A DNA stretch of 64,000 nucleotides from Alphaproteobacteria bacterium (GTDB lineage: Bacteria; Pseudomonadota; Alphaproteobacteria; GCA-2731375): contig CBDDPY010000002.1 of assembly GCA_965232515.1 (NCBI GenBank), forward strand, positions 32,001 to 96,000. Reading direction: 5' to 3'. The notes under the pieces were generated by a model that searched no databases, was not told where the DNA came from, and was given only the letters and a program-made list of their open reading frames with translations. The position numbers and the translations under genes are program-made. This document shows positions 28,557 through 38,730 of the stretch, one piece after another; position 1 is the stretch's first letter, and the number at the start of each line of letters is the position of its first letter.

Positions 28557-30176
28557 ATGGCGATGTCCGTTCGGCATGCCGATGTCGTTGTCGTCGGCTC
28601 CGGCGCCGCGGGTCTTGCTTGCGCGCTGGCGCTGGCGCCGCGGCATGTCACGCTGCTGACCAAGACCGAGGGCCTCGAGGGCGGCGCCAGCCGCTATGCC
28701 CAGGGCGGCATCGCGGCGGCGCTCGGTCCCGGCGACACGCCGGAGGCGCATGCCGCCGACACGGTCGCCGCCGGTGCGGGCCTTAGCGATCCCGACACCG
28801 CGCTGCTGCTGGCACGCCAGGGCGTGACGGCCATGCGCGATCTGCTGGACGCCGGCCTGCCGGTCGACCGCGCCGCCGATGGCAACCCGCTGCTCGGTCG
28901 CGAGGGCGCGCACGGCATCCCCCGCATCGTGCATGCCGGCGGCGACGCCACCGGCCGTACGCTGGTCGCGGCGCTGGCCGGACAGGTGCAAGCCGCGCCG
29001 TCGATCCACGTCGCCACCGGTGTGTTCGCCTATGACCTGGTGGTGCAGAACGACCGTGTAACCGGTCTGATGGCATTCCATCCCGACGGCGGCTGGACCT
29101 ATCACCGCTGCGACCGGGTGGTGCTGGCGACGGGGGGCATCGGCACACTCTGGCAACACACGACCAATCCGGCCGAAGCCACGGGCGACGGTCTGGCCAT
29201 GGCGGCCCGCGCCGGCGCCGAGCTGGCGAACCTGGAATTCGTGCAGTTCCACCCGACCGCGCTCGCCGTCGGTGACGATACCGGCGCCGCCAGCCTGCCG
29301 TTGTTGACCGAAGCGTTGCGCGGCGCCGGCGCGCATCTCCTCGACGACGACGGCGGGCGGTTCATGACATCGGAACATCCGTCGGCCGAACTGGCGCCGC
29401 GTGATGTGGTGGCGCGCGCCGTCTGGCGGCGCCTCACGGACGGGCAGGGCGTCTTCCTCGACCTGCGGCCAGTGCTGGCGGTGCGCGGCGAGGGCGCGTT
29501 CCCGCAGGCCGTTTCCGCCTGCCGCGCGGCCGGCTACGAGCCCACGCGGCAGCCGGTGCCGATCCGGCCGGCGGCGCACTACCACATGGGCGGCGTTGCG
29601 GTCGATCGCGAGGGCCGCAGCTCGATTTCCGGCCTCTGGGCTTGCGGCGAGGTCGCCGACACCGGCGTGCACGGCGCCAATCGGCTTGCCAGCAACTCGC
29701 TGCTGGAGGCCCTCGTTTTCGCCCGGCGCGTGGCCGAGGATGTCGCGCGGTATGCTGACGTATCGCCCGCCACGGACGAGATGCCGGCCGCGCCGGCCGT
29801 GCCGACGCCGCCGCGCGGGCAGGTGGCCGCCATCGTTGCCCGCACGCGCGATCTGGTCTCGCGGCATGTCGGCCTGGCGCGCGCCGGCGCCGGCCTGCGG
29901 CAGGCCATCGCCGATCAGGCCGAGATCGCGGCCGCGCTCGCGGCCTGGGAGATCTATGCTTCGCCCGACAACAGCGTCACCGCGGCCGATATCAGGCGCT
30001 GGGGCGAGGCCCGCAACCTGGTGCTGCTGGTCGGTCTGCTGGCGCGGGCCGCGCTTAACCGCACCGAAAGCCGCGGCGCGCATTATCGCGAGGACTTCCC
30101 CGAACCGCTGCCGGCCTGGCAGCATCGCCAATTCCTGAATGCGGCCAGCATCGTCAACGAGAGGCCATTGCCATGA
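28557..30176 (+). CDS. nadB: L-aspartate oxidase
   Basis: GSGAAG, AQGGIAAA, QFHPT, AHYHMGG and HGANRLASNSLLE motifs. Confidence 0.95.
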   Translation: MAMSVRHADVVVVGSGAAGLACALALAPRHVTLLTKTEGLEGGASRYAQGGIAAALGPGDTPEAHAADTVAAGAGLSDPDTALLLARQGVTAMRDLLDAGLPVDRAADGNPLLGREGAHGIPRIVHAGGDATGRTLVAALAGQVQAAPSIHVATGVFAYDLVVQNDRVTGLMAFHPDGGWTYHRCDRVVLATGGIGTLWQHTTNPAEATGDGLAMAARAGAELANLEFVQFHPTALAVGDDTGAASLPLLTEALRGAGAHLLDDDGGRFMTSEHPSAELAPRDVVARAVWRRLTDGQGVFLDLRPVLAVRGEGAFPQAVSACRAAGYEPTRQPVPIRPAAHYHMGGVAVDREGRSSISGLWACGEVADTGVHGANRLASNSLLEALVFARRVAEDVARYADVSPATDEMPAAPAVPTPPRGQVAAIVARTRDLVSRHVGLARAGAGLRQAIADQAEIAAALAAWEIYASPDNSVTAADIRRWGEARNLVLLVGLLARAALNRTESRGAHYREDFPEPLPAWQHRQFLNAASIVNERPLP

Positions 30177-31030
30177 TCGATGTTCACACCCCCTATGCCG
30201 TGCAGGTCGAACCGATCCTGCGACGCGCCCTCGACGAAGACCTGGGCGTCGCCGGCGACCTCACATCCGGCGCGGTGGTGCCGGTCGAGGCGCGGGCGCG
30301 GGGCCTGTTCGTCGCCCGCCGCGATGGCCGTGTCGCCGGCCTCGATATCGCGCTCGGCGTCTTCGCCCTGCTGGACCCGTCGATCACCGTGCAGATCGAA
30401 AACGGCGACGGCAGCGACGTCGCCGCTGGCACGACGCTCGCCATGGTCGAAGGGCCGGCCCGGCCGATCCTGACCGGCGAGCGCACGGCGCTCAATCTCC
30501 TGACCCGGATGAGCGGCATCGCCACCGGCACACGGGCCGTTGTCGCCGCGGTCGCCGATTACGAGACCCGCGTCGCCTGCACCCGCAAGACCACACCGGG
30601 CCTGCGCGTGCTGGAGAAATATGCCGTCCGCGTCGGCGGCGGCACCAATCACCGCTTCGGTCTGAACGATGGCGTGCTGATCAAGGACAACCACATCGTC
30701 GCCGCCGGCGGCATCGAAGCGGCGGTGAATCGCGCCCGCACGCAACTGGGTCACATGGTCAAGCTGGAGGTCGAGGTCGACACGCTTGCCCAGCTCGAGC
30801 AATTGCTCGGCCTCGAGGCCGACGCCGTCCTGCTCGACAACATGGGCCCCGACCTGCTGCGTCAGGCCGTCGATATGGTGGCCGGCCGCCTGGTGACGGA
30901 GGCGTCCGGCAATCTGTCGATCGACACCGTGCGCGACGTCGCCGCCGCCGGCGTCGACCTGGTCTCGCTCGGCGGTCTCACCCACAGCGCTGCTCACCTC
31001 GATATCGGCCTCGACTTCGAGACGACCTAG
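30173..31030 (+). CDS. nadC: Quinolinate phosphoribosyltransferase
   Basis: TRKTTPGLR, NHRFGL, IKDNH, EVEV and LLDN motifs. Confidence 0.97.
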   Translation: MIDVHTPYAVQVEPILRRALDEDLGVAGDLTSGAVVPVEARARGLFVARRDGRVAGLDIALGVFALLDPSITVQIENGDGSDVAAGTTLAMVEGPARPILTGERTALNLLTRMSGIATGTRAVVAAVADYETRVACTRKTTPGLRVLEKYAVRVGGGTNHRFGLNDGVLIKDNHIVAAGGIEAAVNRARTQLGHMVKLEVEVDTLAQLEQLLGLEADAVLLDNMGPDLLRQAVDMVAGRLVTEASGNLSIDTVRDVAAAGVDLVSLGGLTHSAAHLDIGLDFETT

Positions 31031-31093
31031 CCGCCTTGACGTCGTCGCTGTTTCCACCGACATCTTTGTCAGTCGCGGTGGACGGACCGCCGC

Positions 31094-31624
31094 ATGACAG
31101 GGATGGGCGATATGTTTCGAGGTTTTCTAGCCGGTATTGCCGGCGCGCTTTTGATGGCCGCTTGTGCGACGCCAGCGAGTTTCGACGAGTCCTTCGCCCG
31201 CTTTGAGCAGGCGCTGGTCCAGTGCACGGACCGGTTCGGTTATGATCCCGAAACGGTCGGCGACATCGGCCCGTACGAGCTCGCCGAAAACGAACGCGGT
31301 TGGCTGGAATGCGCTTATGCCGGCGTTGAAACCCATCTCGTCCCCTATTCGGCGGTGCCGGACCTCTATACCGACCTCATCACCGAGCACCGGGCGCTGA
31401 CCGACGGCGTCGAGCGTGGCACAGTGACCCGGGCGGCGCGCGAGGAACGTGTCGACACGGTTCTCGCCTCGATCGAACGCCAGGAAAAGGCTTTCGAGCA
31501 GGCCCAGATCAAGCGCCTGGACGAATTGCGCGACCAGCAGGAACGCCAGCGCCAGCTGCGCGAGATCGATCGCATCCAGCGCGAGTTCAGCATCATGCGG
31601 CGCTCGGTCGGGGCCCGGCTCTGA
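31094..31624 (+). CDS. Hypothetical lipoprotein
   Basis: Lipobox-like LLMAAC; charged coiled-coil-like C-terminus. Confidence 0.7.
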   Translation: MTGMGDMFRGFLAGIAGALLMAACATPASFDESFARFEQALVQCTDRFGYDPETVGDIGPYELAENERGWLECAYAGVETHLVPYSAVPDLYTDLITEHRALTDGVERGTVTRAAREERVDTVLASIERQEKAFEQAQIKRLDELRDQQERQRQLREIDRIQREFSIMRRSVGARL

Positions 31625-31676
31625 CGGCTCCCAGTCCGGACGGCATCACTACGACGGGTGACGTCGTTCATGCCGC

Positions 31677-31765
31677 TGCATGCCCGTAGCAAGCACGGGC
31701 ATGACGCCTTGAGGGCCTCGGTGCACGAACAAATTCGTCATTGCCGGGCTTGACCCGGCAATCCA
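31677..31765. repeat. REP-like pair, family A (CGTCAT-stem-ATCCA)
   Basis: Degenerate copy at 31677-31706 and CGTCATTGCCGGGCTTGACCCGGCAATCCA at 31736-31765. Confidence 0.8.
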
Positions 31766-31983
31766 GATGTCGGTTTGCAAGTCAGCAATCGCAGGCGACA
31801 TGCTTGCTGCGGGATGACCCCCGGTGCGCGGCCGTCGGAAACAATTGAAATCGAAAACCTGACCGCCTGAAACGCGGCCGAAACACACGGTCGGTAAATC
31901 GCTCGGTGCGCGTGGCGTCGCGGTCGCACCACGATGATGTCGCCGTTTCTCGGTTCCATGTTTTCACAGGAAACAGGTCTGAC

Positions 31984-32979
31984 ATGATGCTACGAGCTTC
32001 GCTGAAGCGGACTGCCATGACGATCGCGGCCACGTCGGCTTTCGCGCTGGGTATGGGGCAGGCGGCCGTCGCCGCACCCGTGACCGTGGCGACCACGGCG
32101 ATCATTGAGCACCCGGTTATCGACACCATCCGCGACGGAATCCGCGACGAGCTGGTCGCGCGCGGCTACGTTCTCGGCAAGGATCTGTCGATCACCTACG
32201 AGAACGCGCAAGGCAGTGCGGTCACCGCGGCGCAGATCGCGCGCAAGCTGGTTGGCGCCACGCCCGACGTGATCGTCCCGATCACGACGCCGTCGGCCCA
32301 GGCCGTGGTCGCCGCCACCGACCAGATTCCCGTCGTCTTCAGTGCCATCACCGATCCCGTCGGCGCAAAGCTGGTGGCGTCGATGCAGCGGCCGGGCGCC
32401 AACGTTACCGGCACCACCGATCTGTCGCCGATCAGGCAGCATATGGAGCTGATCCGCAAAGTGACGCCCAAGGCCGCGAAGATCGGCGTGATCTACAATC
32501 CCGGCGAGGCCAACTCGGTCAGCCTGGTGCGACTGATCAACAAGCACGGCCCGGCGCTCGGCCTCACCATCGTCGAGGCCACGGCGCCGAAATCGGCCGA
32601 AGTGCTGAGCGCGGCGCGCAGCCTGGTCGGACGGGTCGACGCGATCTATCTGCCGACCGACAACACGGTCATCTCGGTGATCGAAGCCGTCATCAAGGTC
32701 GGCGTCGACAATCGGATTCCGGTCTTTGCCGGCGATGCCGACTCGGTGCCGCGCGGGGCCATCGCCGCGCTCGGCTTCAACTATTACGACGTCGGCCGGC
32801 AGACCGGCGCCATGGTCCATCGCGTGCTGCAGGGCGAAGCGCCCGGCGAGATGCCGGTGCAGTTGCCGGCTAAGCTCGAGCTGCACATCAATCCCGCCAT
32901 GGCCAAAAAAATGGGTGTGACCATCCCCGGCGACATCCACAACGCCGCCGACAAGGTGGTGGAAGCAGCGGACGGCTGA
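31984..32979 (+). CDS. ABC substrate-binding protein (COG2984 / aromatic amino acid uptake-like)
   Basis: IIEHP, NAQG, TPSAQA, NVTGTTD and PTDN motifs; signal peptide. Confidence 0.9.
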   Translation: MMLRASLKRTAMTIAATSAFALGMGQAAVAAPVTVATTAIIEHPVIDTIRDGIRDELVARGYVLGKDLSITYENAQGSAVTAAQIARKLVGATPDVIVPITTPSAQAVVAATDQIPVVFSAITDPVGAKLVASMQRPGANVTGTTDLSPIRQHMELIRKVTPKAAKIGVIYNPGEANSVSLVRLINKHGPALGLTIVEATAPKSAEVLSAARSLVGRVDAIYLPTDNTVISVIEAVIKVGVDNRIPVFAGDADSVPRGAIAALGFNYYDVGRQTGAMVHRVLQGEAPGEMPVQLPAKLELHINPAMAKKMGVTIPGDIHNAADKVVEAADG

Positions 32980-33026
32980 CGACGTCGTTGGGTCTTTAAG
33001 TTTCGCTAGAGGGCAAAGTCAGTAAG

Positions 33027-33066
33027 CCCCCTCCCTAGCCCTCCCGACGAGGGAGAGGGAGGGGGC
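33027..33066. repeat. Degenerate REP-like element, family B
   Basis: CCCCCTCCCTAGCCCTCCC-gacga-GGGAGAGGGAGGGGG between the SBP and permease genes. Confidence 0.6.
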
Positions 33067-33121
33067 GTTCGACGCTCGTTCGATCCAACCGCGTTCGCAC
33101 AACCAGACATCGACACACTCC

Positions 33122-34024
33122 ATGAGCCAACTGGCATTCCTCGGCGCGCTCGAGGTCGGCTTCATCTTCGGCCTCGTCGCGCTCGCCGTGTTCCTCTCGT
33201 TCCGGGTGCTGGACTTTCCCGACCTCACGGTCGACGGCAGCTTCCCGCTGGGCGCGGCCGTCACCGCGACCCTCATCGTCAACGGCGTCGATCCTTACAT
33301 CGCCACATCGGCCGCGCTCGTCGCCGGCGCGGCGGCGGGGCTGGCGACGGCGTTCCTGAACCTGAAGTTCAACATCCTGCATCTGCTGGCCAGCATCCTG
33401 GTGATGATCGCCCTCTACTCAGTCAACCTGCGCATTATGGGCCGGCCGAACGTCGCGATCTTCAGCGAACCGACGGTGCTGAAGTCGTTCGAAGGCCTGG
33501 GCCTCGACGCCGCCATGCTGAAGCCGCTGTTCGCCTTCGCGGTCGTGTCCGTGATCGCCATCCTGCTGGCGCGGTTCCTGACCACCGAATACGGCTTGGG
33601 CGTCCGCGCCACCGGCGTCAACCGCGGCATGGCCCGGGCGCAGGGCATCGATACGTCGGCCGCCACCTATGTCGGCATGGCGCTGTCGAACGCGCTCGCC
33701 GCATTGGCTGGCGCGCTCTTCGCCCAGATGAACGGCTTTGCCGACGTCACCATGGGCACCGGCACCATCATCGTCGGCCTGGCAGCGGTGATCATCGGCG
33801 AAATGGTGTTCCGCGGCCGGCTGATCGTCGTTGCCGTCATCGCCTGCATCGCCGGCGCCGTGGTCTACCGCATGGCCGTGGCGCTCGCGTTGAACGCCGA
33901 CTTCCTCGGCCTGCAGGCCGCCGACCTCAACCTCATCACCGCCATTCTGGTGGCGCTGGCGCTGATCCTGCCCCGGCTGCGGGCGTCGATGGTCGCGCGC
34001 TTGGCCCGGAGGGCGGTGACATGA
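33122..34024 (+). CDS. ABC permease (COG4120-like)
   Basis: FRVLDFPDLTVDGSFPLGAA and GLAAVIIGE motifs. Confidence 0.92.
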   Translation: MSQLAFLGALEVGFIFGLVALAVFLSFRVLDFPDLTVDGSFPLGAAVTATLIVNGVDPYIATSAALVAGAAAGLATAFLNLKFNILHLLASILVMIALYSVNLRIMGRPNVAIFSEPTVLKSFEGLGLDAAMLKPLFAFAVVSVIAILLARFLTTEYGLGVRATGVNRGMARAQGIDTSAATYVGMALSNALAALAGALFAQMNGFADVTMGTGTIIVGLAAVIIGEMVFRGRLIVVAVIACIAGAVVYRMAVALALNADFLGLQAADLNLITAILVALALILPRLRASMVARLARRAVT

Positions 34025-34872
34025 TGCGCCTTGAGGGCCTGCGTGTCAGCTTCCCGACGTCCACCGGCGGCAACGCGCCGGTGTTGCAGGGCATCGACCT
34101 CGACCTGCCCACGGGCCAGTTCGTCACGCTGATCGGCTCCAACGGCGCCGGCAAGTCGACATTGCTCAACTGCATCACTGGCGACATCGCACCGACCGGC
34201 GGCCGCATCCTGATCGACGACATGGACGTCACCGACTGGCCGTCGCGGCGCCGGTCGGGATTCGTCGCGCGGGTGTTCCAGGATCCACTGGCGGGCACCT
34301 GCGCCACCCTGACGGTCGAGGAGAACCTGGCGCTCGCCGCCAGCCGTGGCCGGCCGCGCCGTCTGATCCAGGCGCTCAACCGTCCGCGCCGGATCTGGTT
34401 TCGCGAACGGCTGGCCGAGCTCGGCCTGGGTCTGGAGGACCGGTTGCGCGAGCCCATGGGCCTGCTTTCGGGCGGTCAGCGCCAGGCCGTCAGCCTGATC
34501 ATGGGGACGATGCAATCGAGCCGTATTCTGCTGCTCGACGAGCATACGGCGGCGCTCGATCCGGGCATGCAGGCCCTGGTGCTGAAACTGACCCGAAATC
34601 TGGTCGCCGAGCGCCAGCTGACAACGCTGATGGTGACGCACTCCATGCGTCAGGCCCTCGATATCGGCGACCGCACCGTAATGCTGCACGCGGGCCGAGT
34701 CGTCCTCGACGTCGCCGGCGAGGAGCGCTGTCGTCTCGGTATGGGCGATCTGGTGGCGCGCTTTTCGGCATTGCGCGACGACGACATCGACGACCGGCTC
34801 GCCGTCATCGATTCCGACTCGCGCCCGACGATACGGGCGGCTACAACGAAGGCGTGTGCGCCCAGCCCCTGA
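34021..34872 (+). CDS. ABC ATP-binding protein (COG1101-like)
   Basis: GSNGAGKST, RVFQDP, LSGGQRQ and LLDEHTAALDP motifs. Confidence 0.92.
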   Translation: MMRLEGLRVSFPTSTGGNAPVLQGIDLDLPTGQFVTLIGSNGAGKSTLLNCITGDIAPTGGRILIDDMDVTDWPSRRRSGFVARVFQDPLAGTCATLTVEENLALAASRGRPRRLIQALNRPRRIWFRERLAELGLGLEDRLREPMGLLSGGQRQAVSLIMGTMQSSRILLLDEHTAALDPGMQALVLKLTRNLVAERQLTTLMVTHSMRQALDIGDRTVMLHAGRVVLDVAGEERCRLGMGDLVARFSALRDDDIDDRLAVIDSDSRPTIRAATTKACAPSP

Positions 34873-35963
34873 AAGACTCGCTCGACCGTGACGCGGTGGC
34901 CCGGATCGCCGGCTATTTCCGGCAGGCCGATCCGGCTTTCGACGAGTCCGCGTTCGTGGCGCAATGCTGCGATCCGCTCGGCACGCTCGAGCTGAAGGAC
35001 CGCGTTCTGCACATCGCGCAAACGCTGCGCGCGCATTTGCCCGACGACTACCCGGCGGCGCTGAAACGCATTCTGCGCGCGGCCGAGATCTGGCCGTCGG
35101 GCGAGGGGGCGCTGCACGGCTTCGCCGCCTGGCCGATGACCGACTTCATCGGCCTCTATGGCCTTGCGCATCCCGACGAGTCGCTGGCGGCTATGCGCCG
35201 CGTGACGCATCTGTTTTCGGCCGAGTTCGCGATCCGGCCGTTCCTGATCGAGCACACCGATCTGACCATGCGGCGCCTGCGCGACTGGACCGACGATGAC
35301 AGCGAGCATGTCAGGCGGCTGGTCTCGGAAGGCACCCGGCCACGCCTGCCCTGGGGCATCCGGCTGAAGCAGTTCCAGGCCGATCCGTCGCCTGTCCTGC
35401 CGTTGCTGGAAGCGCTGAAGGACGATCCGTCGGAATACGTCCGGCGCTCGGTCGCCAACCATCTGAACGACATCTCGAAGGACCATCCCGACATCGCCGT
35501 CGAGGTCTGCACCCGCTGGCGCGACGGCGGTGGCGAGGGGCGGCAATGGATCATCCGCCAGGCGCTGCGCGGCCTCGTCAAGCAAGGCGACGCCCGCGTC
35601 TTCCCGCTCTTGGGCTACAGCGACACGGCCGCCGTCGAGCTGCGCGGTTTCACGCTCTCACCCGCGTCCATCCGTCTCGGCGACAGCATCGACATGGCCT
35701 TCGAACTGGTGTCGACATCAGACGCGTCGCAGAAGTTGATCGTCGACTACGCCGTGCATCACCGTAAGGCCAACGGCAGTCAGCAGCCGAAAGTTTTCAA
35801 GCTCACGACACTCGAACTGCCGCCGCGCGGGACCGCTGACCTGACGAAGCGGCACGCCGTGCGCAAGATCACCACGCGCCAATACTATGCCGGCACGCAG
35901 ACGGTCGAGATCCTGGTCAACGGCCGCGCCGTCGGTCGCCACGACTTCGATCTCCAGGTCTGA
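34854..35963 (+). CDS. DNA alkylation repair protein (AlkC-like HEAT-repeat glycosylase with a C-terminal extra domain)
   Basis: SAEFAIRPF, HVRRLVSEGTRPRLPW, YVRRSVANHLNDISKDHP and TTRQYYAG motifs. Confidence 0.88.
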   Translation: MCAQPLKDSLDRDAVARIAGYFRQADPAFDESAFVAQCCDPLGTLELKDRVLHIAQTLRAHLPDDYPAALKRILRAAEIWPSGEGALHGFAAWPMTDFIGLYGLAHPDESLAAMRRVTHLFSAEFAIRPFLIEHTDLTMRRLRDWTDDDSEHVRRLVSEGTRPRLPWGIRLKQFQADPSPVLPLLEALKDDPSEYVRRSVANHLNDISKDHPDIAVEVCTRWRDGGGEGRQWIIRQALRGLVKQGDARVFPLLGYSDTAAVELRGFTLSPASIRLGDSIDMAFELVSTSDASQKLIVDYAVHHRKANGSQQPKVFKLTTLELPPRGTADLTKRHAVRKITTRQYYAGTQTVEILVNGRAVGRHDFDLQV

Positions 35964-36032
35964 ACAGTCGGCCCGCCGTCAGGTAACGGACATGACGCCA
36001 GGATGGTTACCGAGACGAGGCATGGCGACGGC

Positions 36033-37097
36033 ATGATGACGACGTCTCGGCGGCGCTTTCTCGGGTCGCTCGGCCTGGCGACGCTGCTGTCGACCCGACC
36101 CGCTGCGGCGGCGGAGCTGCTGTCCGAGACAGTGCTGCAGCGCATCGCCCTCGGCTCCTGCGCCGACCAGAAGCTGCCCCAGCCTATTTGGACGCCGATC
36201 CGCGCGTTCAAGCCGCAGCTCTTCCTGATGATGGGCGACAACGTCTATGGCGACGTCTCGTCGGGCGCGCTGACCGAGCTGCGCGCGGCCTACGCGCGCC
36301 TGGCCGCGATCGACGGCTTCAAGCGCTTGCGCGCCGAGGTGCCGGTGCTGGCGACGTGGGACGATCACGATTACGGCGCCAACGATGCCGGCGCCGACTT
36401 TCCCCATCGCGCGGGCGTCACGCGATTGTTCCGCGAGTTCTGGGGCGTGCCCGCCGACGGCCCGCAGGCCGGCCGCGATGGAATCTACGATGCGCATGTG
36501 TTCGGCCCGCCCGGCCGGCGGCTACAGGTAATCCTGCTCGACACCCGCTCATTCCGCTCCGGTCTCAAACCCACCGACCGGCGGGGCGCGCCCGGCAGGG
36601 AACGCTACCTGCCCGATCCCGATCCCGCAAAAACCATGTTAGGGCCGGCGCAATGGGCCTGGCTCGACCAACAACTCCGCCAACCGGCCGACCTGCGTCT
36701 GATCGTTTCCAGCATCCAGGTCCTGGCCGACGGCCACGGCTATGAGCGCTGGGGCAACCTTCCCACCGAGCGGCAGCGCCTGATCGATCTGATCGGCGCG
36801 ACACGCGCCAACGGCGTGGTCTTTCTCTCCGGCGACCGGCATATCGGCGCGCTCTACCGGCGGGCCGGTGGCGTGCCCTATCCGTTTCACGAAATCACCT
36901 CCAGCTCGCTCAACCGCTCCGTCGGCGCCTCGAGCGAAACGGGACCGCATCAGGTCGGTCCCGTCTACGCAAAGGACAATTTCGGCGTGATCGAGATCGA
37001 CTGGCAGCACGGCGGCGTGATGCTGGCGCTCCGTGACAACACGGGCGCTCGCGTCCACGCGATGGCGCTATCGCTCGCCGACCTGCAAGTCCGCTGA
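36033..37097 (+). CDS. phoD: Alkaline phosphatase D family protein, Tat-exported
   Basis: SRRRFL twin-arginine signal; GDNVYGD, WDDHD, LDTR and SGDRH motifs. Confidence 0.9.
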   Translation: MMTTSRRRFLGSLGLATLLSTRPAAAAELLSETVLQRIALGSCADQKLPQPIWTPIRAFKPQLFLMMGDNVYGDVSSGALTELRAAYARLAAIDGFKRLRAEVPVLATWDDHDYGANDAGADFPHRAGVTRLFREFWGVPADGPQAGRDGIYDAHVFGPPGRRLQVILLDTRSFRSGLKPTDRRGAPGRERYLPDPDPAKTMLGPAQWAWLDQQLRQPADLRLIVSSIQVLADGHGYERWGNLPTERQRLIDLIGATRANGVVFLSGDRHIGALYRRAGGVPYPFHEITSSSLNRSVGASSETGPHQVGPVYAKDNFGVIEIDWQHGGVMLALRDNTGARVHAMALSLADLQVR

Positions 37098-37520
37098 CGC
37101 CGGCGTCTCGGCCACGCGCTTGGCGGGCCATGTCAGCCAGACATCTTGCCGCCGCACCAGGTACAAGAGCGCCAGCGCCGCCAGCACCGGCACGCCGGCC
37201 CAGAACAGATGGTTCGGCGGCTCGTAGGGATTGATCAGCCGTTCGTAGGTCGACGCCACCGACACCGCGTGCATCGCCAGCAGCGCGCCATAGCTCAGCG
37301 TCTTGAACAGGCCCGCGATAAACGCGAGCACGATCAGCGTCTGAACGATGCCGATGGCATACGATCCCGCCAGCGGCAGGTCGATCAAATAGAACGTGGC
37401 GAACACCCGCTGCGTGATCTCCGGCGCGATCAGCTTCTCCACCGACCAGACCAGAAAGAAGACCCCGATGCTGAACCGCAGCGCCGTCAGGCCGATTTGC
37501 AACCGTCGTTGATCCGACAT
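37068..37520 (-). CDS. DoxX-like membrane protein
   Basis: LRFSIG.FF..W..EK pattern; 4 TM segments. Confidence 0.7.
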   Translation of the reverse strand: MSDQRRLQIGLTALRFSIGVFFLVWSVEKLIAPEITQRVFATFYLIDLPLAGSYAIGIVQTLIVLAFIAGLFKTLSYGALLAMHAVSVASTYERLINPYEPPNHLFWAGVPVLAALALLYLVRRQDVWLTWPAKRVAETPASADLQVGER

Positions 37521-37663
37521 GAACCCACTCCAAGCTTGTCGCCGGCCGCGGCCGGGACCGTTTCACCCGTCTGCCGCGGCAAATGGCCATGGCCTTCATG
37601 GGGTTCAAGCCGGAAAAATCTCATGCATGCATGAGGCGCTTTCATGTCGAAGGAGGGGGTGGG

Positions 37664-38542
37664 CTAAAGCGACGCGGCGGGCTGCAGAAACTCGGTCGCC
37701 ATTTGATCGAGACGCGCCATAAGCCTGTCGACGTCGCGGCCGACCGTCAGCAGCGTCAGCTGGTCGACACCGGCTTCGGCATAGGCTTCCAGCGCCGCCC
37801 GGTCGACGGGATGGTTGTAGGCGCAGACCGTGACGTCGACGTCGCCGAGGCCGCGGCCGCGTTCGCTCAAGATCTCCGACAACCGCTCGATACGCGCCTT
37901 GGCGTCCGTCGGCGTCAGCGCGAAGCCGTGCCAGCCGGCGCCCAGATCGGCGACCCGGCGCAGGGCCGCGTCGCTCTCGCCGCCGAAACAGATCGGCGGA
38001 TGCGGCGACTGGACCGGTTTCGGGTCGTGCCGGCAGGCCGGCAGCTCGTAAAACTCGCCAGAGAAAGCCGACACCTCGTCGCACCAGAGCCGGCGTATCA
38101 CTTCGAGGTATTCCCGGCAACGTGCGCCACGGCGTTCGAACGGTACGCCCAGTGCGTCGAATTCCTCCTTCAGCCAGCCGACGCCGACGCCGAAATCGAT
38201 GCGGCCGCCAGACAGCCAGTCGACGGTCGCCACCGACTTCGCCGTGTAGACCGGGTTGCGCTGCGGCACCAGGCAGATGCCGGTGCCGAGCCGGATGGTC
38301 TCGGTCGCCGCCGCCAGGAACGACAACGCCGCGAACGGCTCCAGCATGCCGTTGTCCGCCCGGCCCGGCAGTTGCCCGTCGGCGCTGTAGGGATAGGCCG
38401 ACGCGTGCTGGTCGAACAAAACCACATGCTCCCCCACCCAGATCGAATGAAAGCCCCGTTCCTCCGCCGCGCGGCCGAGCGCGGCCACGTAAGCCCGGTC
38501 GTGAAACGGATTGATCAACGGCGCGAACAGCCCCACCCGCAT
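37664..38542 (-). CDS. LLM-class (F420-type) oxidoreductase
   Basis: GFHSIWVGEHV, IRLGTGI, GVGVGW.KEEF and PKPVQ motifs; GGGAGG upstream of the ATG at 38542. Confidence 0.92.
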   Translation of the reverse strand: MRVGLFAPLINPFHDRAYVAALGRAAEERGFHSIWVGEHVVLFDQHASAYPYSADGQLPGRADNGMLEPFAALSFLAAATETIRLGTGICLVPQRNPVYTAKSVATVDWLSGGRIDFGVGVGWLKEEFDALGVPFERRGARCREYLEVIRRLWCDEVSAFSGEFYELPACRHDPKPVQSPHPPICFGGESDAALRRVADLGAGWHGFALTPTDAKARIERLSEILSERGRGLGDVDVTVCAYNHPVDRAALEAYAEAGVDQLTLLTVGRDVDRLMARLDQMATEFLQPAASL

Positions 38543-38696
38543 GCCTGTCCCTCCCATGCCTGGTTTGCCGAGTGGCGGGAAGGGTAGCGGTCTTTCGCCG
38601 ACACGTCTGGCTGAATCATACACGGCCGCGACTGCGGCCCGCCGGTCGTCCGGTGCGCCCGCGCAGGCGCGGACCGTCAGGTCCGCTGCCGTGAGC

Positions 38697-38730
38697 GCAA
38701 AATGCCTAGATCGGCTACGCCGATCTAGGC
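38697..38730 (-). terminator. Intrinsic terminator of the ferritin-like gene
   Basis: 12-bp perfect stem GCCTAGATCGGC/GCCGATCTAGGC overlapping the stop codon, followed by ATTTT on the minus strand. Confidence 0.65.
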
